The notes under the pieces were generated by a model that was not told the DNA's origin, searched no databases, and worked only from the letters and a program-made list of their open reading frames with translations. This document shows, piece by piece, positions 1-7,205 of a DNA stretch of 19,786 nt. Source of the DNA: Deferribacterales bacterium (lineage in GTDB: Bacteria; Chrysiogenota; Deferribacteres; Deferribacterales; Geovibrionaceae). The position numbers and the translations under genes are program-made. Numbering within the stretch: position 1 is the first letter of the stretch; every line of letters starts with the position of its first letter. The stretch lies in contig JBFWLW010000021.1 of NCBI GenBank assembly GCA_050251945.1, positions 1 to 19,786 on the forward strand, read 5' to 3'.

Positions 1-29
1 TCTTCGGGGGTAAACTCACGTTCGAGCAT
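1..29 (-). CDS. 5' end of a gene running off the left edge (MLEREFTPE...), product unknown
   Basis: ATG at 29-27 (cat on +), preceded by the SD-like AAGGAGAG (ctctcctt at 35-42). The frame stays open to the window edge. Too short to assign. Confidence 0.6.
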
Positions 30-59
30 GAACTCTCTCCTTTAAATTTAGTGTATACG

Positions 60-96
60 AAAAAAAGCCCTTTAGCTATTCGCTAAGGGGCTTTTT
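60..96 (-). terminator. Intrinsic terminator downstream of the XRE gene, probably bidirectional
   Basis: aaaaaaagccctttagc-tattc-gctaaggggcttttt is a GC-containing stem with one mismatch, flanked by A and T runs, about 45 bp after the stop at 143. Confidence 0.85.
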
Positions 97-142
97 ATTA
101 GTGTCCTAATTTAAGGATACAGTTCATAACGGGGCTATTTTT

Positions 143-976
143 CTAGTATTTGACTGCGTGCCAGTGTATCTTATACACTCTGCAGTCTGCGAGGAGTTCG
201 GAACCTTTTTGATGAACAACAGGTTCTCCTGCTCCGACTTCCGGTGCGAAAAGCACTTTGTCGGCGGAAACGAACGCCCGCATATATTTGAGCGATGAGC
301 CGTCAAAATAGAGAACAGGTTCTCTATCGCCCAGATCGCCAAGGGCTAATTTTTCAACGTACAGAATGTCTGACTCGTTGACCTTTGGAGCGAATCTTCC
401 GTCATTAACGGAAACCCACACCGCGCCTTTTTCCTTCTCGCATCTGCCGTCTTCGACATCGCTCAGGTTAAATCTGATAACGGGCGCTTCCGGTTCATAC
501 AGAACAGATTCTGCTTCCGCGGCGGAGGATGCTCCGAAATCCATCGAATACCCCTCTTCTTCCCCGATCAGATCCGAAACTTTGCATGTCAGACAGCTTG
601 CAAGGTTTTCGATTAAATCTCTTTCAAACTCGCCGTACCCCAGTTCCAGTCTCGAAATAAACTGAACGTCGAGCTTCGCAACAACAGCCAGATCGCTTTT
701 GGAAAAACCTCTCTTTTCCCTCATCTTTTTAATGTTTTCCCCGATCTCTTTGGTGTTTTTGATGTTATCGCCATAGGCGAAATAATCGAGTTTCACTTCC
801 AGAAATCTGGCTACTCTGGAAAGTGTTTCAAGATCGGGTTCTCTGCTGCCGCTCAGGTAGTTTGAAAGCCTGGAAGGTGAAAGCCCGACAGCACGGCAAA
901 CGTCTATCTGCTTAATTCCCTTCCTTTTGATTAATTTACGAATCTTATCTCCCAACATAAATGAATCATACCTCAT
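143..976 (-). CDS. XRE-family transcriptional regulator with two tandem HTH domains and a degenerate peptidase S24-like C-terminal domain
   Basis: HTH1: LGDKIRKLIKRKGIKQIDVCRAVGLSPSRLSNYLSGSREPDLETL. HTH2: IGENIKKMREKRGFSKSDLAVVAKLDVQFISRLELG. The C-terminal WVSVNDGRFAPKVNESDILYV resembles the S24 V-x-GDSM-x-P...GD-h-h-h pattern. Confidence 0.85.
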   Translation of the reverse strand: MRYDSFMLGDKIRKLIKRKGIKQIDVCRAVGLSPSRLSNYLSGSREPDLETLSRVARFLEVKLDYFAYGDNIKNTKEIGENIKKMREKRGFSKSDLAVVAKLDVQFISRLELGYGEFERDLIENLASCLTCKVSDLIGEEEGYSMDFGASSAAEAESVLYEPEAPVIRFNLSDVEDGRCEKEKGAVWVSVNDGRFAPKVNESDILYVEKLALGDLGDREPVLYFDGSSLKYMRAFVSADKVLFAPEVGAGEPVVHQKGSELLADCRVYKIHWHAVKY

Positions 977-1283
977 TAATTATAACCAGTAAATCAACTA
1001 ATTGCACATAAGCCTGAAATGTACACGAAACGCATACCCATATATGCAAAAATGTCAGAACTGATCAGAATTTTTAAAATTAATCAGAAACTTACCTGAA
1101 AGAAAGTCCCGAAATAATTATTACAAAGCCAGTGTTTCTAAACGTAATAATATTCGTTATACTGAAAGTGACAATAGTTTTTTTGTATAGACATATTCCA
1201 ATCCGTAATCTACACAATTCAGCCACATCGTTTCAGATGATTTTATATGAAGACATTTTCTGAATTTGGTGATATGTAAGCAA

Positions 1284-1724
1284 ATGCTTGAGCGCATGAG
1301 ACACAAGATAAAAAAGATACTGCTGCTTGATTATTCTCCGCGAAGGATAGCGATGTCCTGCGCTGTGGGAATCTTCATAGGCTTTTCGCCTTATGTGGGT
1401 CTTCACACAGGTCTTGCCATGGGCGCTTCGTTTCTTTTCGGTCTGCCGCTTTATCCGCTGATACTGGGCGCATACATCACCAATCCGTTCACGCTTGTTC
1501 CCATATACACTCTATGCTATAAGTTCGGCGCACTGGTCACAGGCAGGCATATCACATCCATGCCGGATTTCAGCAGCTTTGAATATACAGCCATGATACA
1601 CACGGCAAAGACGTTCTTTATACCTTTTTTTGTGGGAACACATCTGCTGGGGTTGATTCTTGCAGTAATAACGTATATCCTATCCTATTATTTAATTAAA
1701 AAATACAAAGGCAGAGTCGCATAA
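1284..1724 (+). CDS. DUF2062-family membrane protein (ORF track starts at TTG 1266; ATG 1284 is more likely)
   Basis: Motifs SPRRIAMSCAVGIFIGFSP...G-H and NPFTLVPIY...YKFG, plus hydrophobic segments. The stop overlaps the next ATG (TAATG). Confidence 0.85.
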   Translation: MLERMRHKIKKILLLDYSPRRIAMSCAVGIFIGFSPYVGLHTGLAMGASFLFGLPLYPLILGAYITNPFTLVPIYTLCYKFGALVTGRHITSMPDFSSFEYTAMIHTAKTFFIPFFVGTHLLGLILAVITYILSYYLIKKYKGRVA

Positions 1725-2608
1725 TGGCTGAAATTATCGCAGTTGCCAGCGGAAAAGGCGGCGTTGGTAAAAGCTTTTTCTCTTCAAACCTGTCCATGTC
1801 CCTCAAAACAGCAGGGAACGAAACGCTTCTGGTCGATGCAGACCTCGGCGGCGCGAACCTGCACGATTTCGTCGGGCTTAAGGTTCCGGGCAAGGGCCTT
1901 TACGAGTTTTTGAAAGAAAAGATAGACATCAATTCGGTAATTACTGAAACCCCCGCAGGGATCGACTTTGTGGGCGGGTCCAGCGATGTTCTGGGTATGG
2001 CGCACATCACAAATTTTGAAAAGCTGAAAGTTCTGAACAGGCTGAAAAAACTCGATTATAAATATATAATACTTGACCTCGGCGCCGGAACAAGCTTCAA
2101 TATGATAGATTTTTTCAACTTTGCCGACAAAAAGATAATGATTATGAACTCAGAGCCCACCAGCCTTGAGAACTCATACGGTTTCCTCAAAGTTGCGCTC
2201 TACAGAAAGATTGAACTGCATCTGCGCAAGGATACGAAATTCAGCGACATATGTAACAAGCTGCGCAGCAAAAGCATGAACTATCCCAATATCAACTCCA
2301 TAACAAAGGCTCTCATTCAGGTGGACAGCACCGGAACTGGAGAAATACGAAAAATGGTCGATGATTACAGGATAGGAACCGTACTGAATATGGTGAGGAC
2401 ACGCAAGGAACTCAACGTTTTTTACGGTTTTGAATCGGTTACTAAAAAATATCTCGGCATAGATATTGAAAAATTAGGTTTTATGCCTTATGATATTAGC
2501 GTCAGCGAAAGTATTAAACTGATGCGGCCTTATTATATAAACAACATGCGAAGTGATGTGGCAAAATGTATCGACGATATCAGAAGCCATATCATAACAA
2601 AGCTTTAG
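1724..2608 (+). CDS. MinD/ParA/FlhG-like P-loop ATPase
   Basis: Deviant Walker A SGKGGVGKS, switch region VDADLGGANLH, Walker B IILDLGAG, and EPTSLENSY. Confidence 0.9.
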   Translation: MAEIIAVASGKGGVGKSFFSSNLSMSLKTAGNETLLVDADLGGANLHDFVGLKVPGKGLYEFLKEKIDINSVITETPAGIDFVGGSSDVLGMAHITNFEKLKVLNRLKKLDYKYIILDLGAGTSFNMIDFFNFADKKIMIMNSEPTSLENSYGFLKVALYRKIELHLRKDTKFSDICNKLRSKSMNYPNINSITKALIQVDSTGTGEIRKMVDDYRIGTVLNMVRTRKELNVFYGFESVTKKYLGIDIEKLGFMPYDISVSESIKLMRPYYINNMRSDVAKCIDDIRSHIITKL

Positions 2609-2618
2609 GGAGATTTTT

Positions 2619-4685
2619 ATGAGTAATCTTCAGCCTGTCAGAGACCTTGAATATGGGGATGTCAGCCACTCTGATGACCTTGAGGTCATTCAGCTTGTAG
2701 GTCTTAAACTGGGGGATGAAGAATATGCCATTGACGTCCTTAAGATACAGGAAATAATCCGCACCGTGGATATAACCTCCGTACCAAGAACGGATACGTT
2801 CGTTCTCGGGGTCATGAACCTCAGAGGAAAGGTTATTCCGGTCATTGACCTGCGTGTACGCTTCTCACTGGATAAAATGGACTTTGATAAAGAAACACGT
2901 ATCATCGTCGTTAAGTTTGAAACGGAAAACATCGGTTTCGTTGTAGATGAAGTCACAGAGGTCATCCGCATAAACAAAAAAATGGTTGAACCCACACCGC
3001 CTTTGGTCGGCGCGGTGGGTCAGGAATATATACTCGGCATATGCAAGTATGCAGACCGCCTTATCATTCTTCTTGATATCGACAGTGTCGTTACAGACGG
3101 CAAACCTACCATCGAAAGCAATCTTAAGAAATCTCTGCTCTTACAGCCCGGTCAATCCGCACAGGCGGCTCTGCCTTCACAGGAGCAGAACTTCACAAAA
3201 ATAGCCGAAGCTGTCGAAAAAGAGTACGACATGAAAGACGCTGAACCCGCAGCCATAGAAACAACCGAAAAACCGGCGGCAGAAGACAGCGCATCCCTTG
3301 ACGACCTCATCGCAATGGAACTGGCAAAACGCGAAGCGGAAACCGACGAGCTTAACCAGAAAAAGAAAGAGGACACCGAGGGAAAAAAAAAGCCTGAATT
3401 AGATCAGGAGGCGATGGACGACATCCTGAACGACGCGCTGAACCAGTCCGAAAGCTCAATGCAGTCCACATCGGGACACGTTGAACAGGACGAGCTTGAT
3501 TTCCTTATCCAGCAGGAACTTTCTAAGCGCGAGGCAGAGACCGAAGAGCTTAATAAAAAAAAAAAAGTAACTGAACCGACAGGGCAGGCATGCAGCGTAG
3601 CGGCGGAACCTGCGGCATCGGTTGAATTTTCAGAAGATGACATAGAAAAGCTTATGGCTGCCGAAATGGCAGCGGAAGAGCTTGCCGCTAAAAAATTACC
3701 CGAAACCGCTCCCGAATCGGAAAAAGAACCTGTTCAGGAATTATCAGCTATATCTGAAGCTGAGAAGGAATCTGAAAATTTCCCCGAAAAAACAGAAGAT
3801 TTTGCCATCCCGGAAGACCTCGCCGCAGAGTTCGGTTTCGACACGTCCGCACTTGAAAAACCAGCTCATGAAGAACAGGAAGATGAAGAATTCACACTTC
3901 CGGAGCCTGTTGAACAGGAAATGGGCGATGAGATAATAGGAAAAGGTCTGCCGGATGAATACACTGAAAGCGACCAGCTTGTCGGCTCCGTGGATTCGCT
4001 TCTGGAAGAACTTAAAGCGGCTCCGGTGGAGCCTATGCAGGCGGAAAGCATACATGAACTGAAAGCCTCTTCATCCATTCCTGTCAGTGAGCAGGAATCA
4101 TTTGAAAAGCTGAAGACACTCTCCAAAAAGATAATAGACGGCGAAAAAGTTGACCTCGGAATATCCATCAAACAGGAAGTTTCCGAACTGCTCCGCCTTA
4201 TCCTTGATACAAAGGGACGCGTGGACGAAATAGAACCCACCCTGATCACGTCCAAAGAACAGCTTCCCAACCTTGTAAGGTCACTTGAAAACGTAACCGA
4301 ATCCACAGAAGAAGCAACTATGGGGCTTATGGAAGCGGCGGACGGACTCACCGGACACTATCAGGAATTTCTCAACGAGATTGAAGACCTCGAAGACCTG
4401 ATGTACAAAAAAGATCAGACCGCCATACTCAAAAAGCTGGAAAAACTTGAAAACAGCGCCGAAATGGCAGACACAATGGGCATGAGCATCCTGCACGCGC
4501 TTGAGTTTCAGGATATCACTGAGCAAAAACTCAACAAGGTGATCAATGCAGTAAGGGAGATTGGCGGCAGACTGGGCGCCATTCTCGGATTTATCAAGCT
4601 CAAACAGGAAGTCGATCCCACAACGGTCGAAGACGCTTCTCAGGACGATATCGACAAACTGCTTGCGGAATTCGGGCTGAACTAA
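2619..4685 (+). CDS. Fusion protein: N-terminal CheW domain, long acidic linker, C-terminal CheZ-like phosphatase domain
   Basis: CheW (aa ~20-158): LGDEEYAIDVLKIQEII...VLGVMNLRGKVIPVIDLRVRF...GFVVDEVTEV. CheZ: LENVTESTEEATMGLM, catalytic D-x-x-x-Q motif in ALEFQDITEQKLNKV, and C-terminal ASQDDIDKLLAEFG. SD GGGAG at 2608-2612. Confidence 0.9.
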   Translation: MSNLQPVRDLEYGDVSHSDDLEVIQLVGLKLGDEEYAIDVLKIQEIIRTVDITSVPRTDTFVLGVMNLRGKVIPVIDLRVRFSLDKMDFDKETRIIVVKFETENIGFVVDEVTEVIRINKKMVEPTPPLVGAVGQEYILGICKYADRLIILLDIDSVVTDGKPTIESNLKKSLLLQPGQSAQAALPSQEQNFTKIAEAVEKEYDMKDAEPAAIETTEKPAAEDSASLDDLIAMELAKREAETDELNQKKKEDTEGKKKPELDQEAMDDILNDALNQSESSMQSTSGHVEQDELDFLIQQELSKREAETEELNKKKKVTEPTGQACSVAAEPAASVEFSEDDIEKLMAAEMAAEELAAKKLPETAPESEKEPVQELSAISEAEKESENFPEKTEDFAIPEDLAAEFGFDTSALEKPAHEEQEDEEFTLPEPVEQEMGDEIIGKGLPDEYTESDQLVGSVDSLLEELKAAPVEPMQAESIHELKASSSIPVSEQESFEKLKTLSKKIIDGEKVDLGISIKQEVSELLRLILDTKGRVDEIEPTLITSKEQLPNLVRSLENVTESTEEATMGLMEAADGLTGHYQEFLNEIEDLEDLMYKKDQTAILKKLEKLENSAEMADTMGMSILHALEFQDITEQKLNKVINAVREIGGRLGAILGFIKLKQEVDPTTVEDASQDDIDKLLAEFGLN

Positions 4686-4697
4686 CACTACCCAAGA

Positions 4698-4774
4698 CGT
4701 CTTCGCAAGTGAAGCAACGGGAATTGTCTGCAGAGAGACTGCCTCGTCAATCTGAAGACTCCCCGCAGAGGCGG
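4698..4774. repeat. Degenerate inverted pair of REP-like palindromic repeats
   Basis: cgtcttcgcaagtgaagcaac (4698-4718) and gagactgcctcgtc...ccccgcagaggcgg (4735-4774) resemble the copies at 15060-15093 and 15018-15054. Confidence 0.6.
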
Positions 4775-4926
4775 TTATCATCTAATTCTGCAGAACGTTT
4801 GTTTAAAAACAGGGCTTCCACATTCCAAGCTTTAAAAGTGTACGGAGAATATTTGTCGTCTGCTCACTTTTTGCTGTTAAATTCATGACAAATTCCGAAT
4901 ACAGGTATACGGTTTTTTGATAGCAA

Positions 4927-5115
4927 TTATCAACACTTCGATTGTTGATAACTTGTGGAAAATAATCCGTGTATTTTCAACAGTCTTAACCAACCTTAAT
5001 CTCCCTTAAACATAATTCCCTATTTTTCAAATACTTATCTCAAACGCTTGACAAGCAAGGGTTACGACTGTCAAGCATTTTTTTATCCACAAAATTGTTG
5101 AGAATTTGTGTAAAG
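4927..5115. promoter_or_regulatory. DnaA-box cluster (candidate oriC or datA/DARS-like locus)
   Basis: Perfect TTATCCACA at 5083-5091. TTTTCCACA on the minus strand at 4954-4962. One-mismatch boxes at 4927-4935, 4943-4951 (-), 4974-4982 and 5107-5115 (-). IHF-like TTTCAAATACTTA at 5025-5037. Strongly AT-rich tract at ~5116-5290. Confidence 0.65.
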
Positions 5116-5297
5116 AAAAATAAACGGTCTAAAAAAACAATTAAAAACAAATCAGTTAACCGTTTTGAGTATTTTTTGTGCAGGCACCTTTACATAAAAT
5201 TTTTTTTATGTATCTTTTTTAATACACTTCTATTAATAAAATATTGCATAGTCATATGGTTTGAACTAAAATATTGTTTTTAAAACGGAACAATTTG

Positions 5298-7205
5298 ATG
5301 GCAAATATAAATACAAGATCTGTCTTCCGCATGTTCATTGAAGCCTGCGGAAAGTACAAAGGCAACACAGCTTTTATATACCGGGTGGGCGGTCAGGAGT
5401 TTTCTGTAACTTTCAAAAAACTTCTTGAGGACGTCTTCATTCTGTCGCGCAGTCTCAGCGCTAAGGGTATATCCAAAGGGGACAAGGTTCTTTTTATATC
5501 CGACAACAGATATGCGTGGATAGTCACGGATATGGCACTGGCATCACTTGGCGCCGTCAGCATCCCCAGAGGAAGCGACACGCCTCCCCACGAAATGAAG
5601 TACATCACAGGTCATTCGGAAGCAGGATTTGCCATTTTTGAAACCGAAGCGGTTTACGAATCTGCAAAAAAAGAGCTTCTGGACGAATATTTCAAAAAGA
5701 TATTCCTCATCGAAGGGGACATAGTAGGGCATCCGGAAGGTCAGGTACACACCTATAACGAAATTCTTGCCGACCGGATTTTCACAGAAGCCGAAATGCA
5801 GGCTTTCCTCGAACTCGACCCCACAAACGAATCTGACATCTTCACCTTAATATACACATCAGGAACAACGGGCTACCCGAAAGGCGTACCGCTGTCCAAC
5901 ATGAACGTCATACATAACCTTTTGGTAATGCCCGAAATAGTCGCCCTTACAGAAAAGGACAGCTTCCTGTCCATTCTTCCCACATGGCACATTTTTGAGC
6001 GTGCTGCGGAGCTTATCGCCGTTATGAACGGCTGCTGTACGGTCTATTCAGGAGTAAAAACGTTCGCTCAGGATCTGGAACAATACAAACCCACTATAGT
6101 CGCATCTGTGCCGCGGGTGTGGGAATCGCTCTATTCTAAGGTACAGGTAGCGCTTGAAAAGCAGTCGAAATTCAAACTTTTTATGTTCCAGTTCCTATCA
6201 AAAGCATCGGCATCATTTAACCGCAACTCACGCTATCTCCTCGGTGTTCTTCCTGAATTTGAAAAAACACCCATGAAACAGCGAATAAAAGAGACCCTTA
6301 CCGCTATAGCCAAAGTTATCCTTCTCCTGCCGCTTAAGATGTTAGCAATGAACAAGTTCAAGGCGGTTCAGGCAAAGTTCGGCGGACGGCTCAGGCTTGC
6401 AGTCAGCGGCGGCGGAAGCCTTCCCGGATACCTTGAAGACTGGCTCGACGCTATCGGTCTGCGCATCGTAAATGCATACGGCATGACGGAATGCGCTCCC
6501 GCCATAGCAGGCAGAGGGCTTGACTGTCAGATATTCGGCACCCTCGGCAAACCCGTAAAAGGAACAACCCTCAGGATAATAGACGAAAACGGCAAAGCAC
6601 TGCCCGAAGGTCAGGAAGGTGAAATAATCGTTAAAGGACCGCAGGTATTCGCAGGGTATTACAATTCGCCGGAAGAGAACGCAAAATCCTTCACTGCAGA
6701 CGGCTTTTTCCGTACCGGCGACCTCGGCAAACTGACTTTCTCAGGTGAACTGAAAATAACAGGACGCATTAAAGATATAATCGTTCTGGCAAACGGTGAA
6801 AACATAGACCCTTCACGCATAGAATCAGCCATTACAATGCTTCCGTTCATTAAGGATGCTGTGCTGGTCGGGCAGGATCAGAAGAGCCTTGCGGCACTGA
6901 TCATCCCCGATATGGAAAAACTTAAAGACTATATGACGTCCAGACTGGAACATATCCGTTCTGATTTCGATATGAACTCCAAACCGGTCGTCGATCACGT
7001 TAAAAGAGAGATAAACAAATTGCTTTCAAACAAAAAAGGCTTCAAAAACCACGAGAAACTACATAACCTCTCCTTTCTGGAGCAGGAATTCAAACAGGGC
7101 GAAGAACTGACAAATACCCTGAAAAAACGCAGACATTTCATTGAAAAGCGCTACAAAGAACTTATATCCGGTCTTTTCAAACAGAATAACAATGACAGTC
7201 AATAA
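5298..7205 (+). CDS. Long-chain fatty-acid--CoA ligase, AMP-forming, FAA1/ACSL type (ORF track starts at TTG 5274; ATG 5298 is more likely)
   Basis: AMP-binding signature IYTSGTTGYPKGV, plus YGMTE, GFFRTGDLG, GRIKDIIVLANGENIDP and ELTNTLKKRR. Confidence 0.92.
   Translation: MANINTRSVFRMFIEACGKYKGNTAFIYRVGGQEFSVTFKKLLEDVFILSRSLSAKGISKGDKVLFISDNRYAWIVTDMALASLGAVSIPRGSDTPPHEMKYITGHSEAGFAIFETEAVYESAKKELLDEYFKKIFLIEGDIVGHPEGQVHTYNEILADRIFTEAEMQAFLELDPTNESDIFTLIYTSGTTGYPKGVPLSNMNVIHNLLVMPEIVALTEKDSFLSILPTWHIFERAAELIAVMNGCCTVYSGVKTFAQDLEQYKPTIVASVPRVWESLYSKVQVALEKQSKFKLFMFQFLSKASASFNRNSRYLLGVLPEFEKTPMKQRIKETLTAIAKVILLLPLKMLAMNKFKAVQAKFGGRLRLAVSGGGSLPGYLEDWLDAIGLRIVNAYGMTECAPAIAGRGLDCQIFGTLGKPVKGTTLRIIDENGKALPEGQEGEIIVKGPQVFAGYYNSPEENAKSFTADGFFRTGDLGKLTFSGELKITGRIKDIIVLANGENIDPSRIESAITMLPFIKDAVLVGQDQKSLAALIIPDMEKLKDYMTSRLEHIRSDFDMNSKPVVDHVKREINKLLSNKKGFKNHEKLHNLSFLEQEFKQGEELTNTLKKRRHFIEKRYKELISGLFKQNNNDSQ

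Noticed and set aside
1..29. Assigning the edge gene to a named family
   Set aside because: Only nine codons are visible.
143..976. Prophage immunity region
   Set aside because: No integrase, cro-like or structural phage genes flank the regulator within the window.
4974..4986. ttttcaacagtct as another MITE right end
   Set aside because: It has no partner end or flanking duplicated hairpin, and it overlaps a DnaA-like box, which explains it more simply.
5095..5283. 62-aa ORF in the AT-rich intergenic region
   Set aside because: It has a TTG start, no SD and low-complexity composition, and is better explained as regulatory or unwinding DNA.
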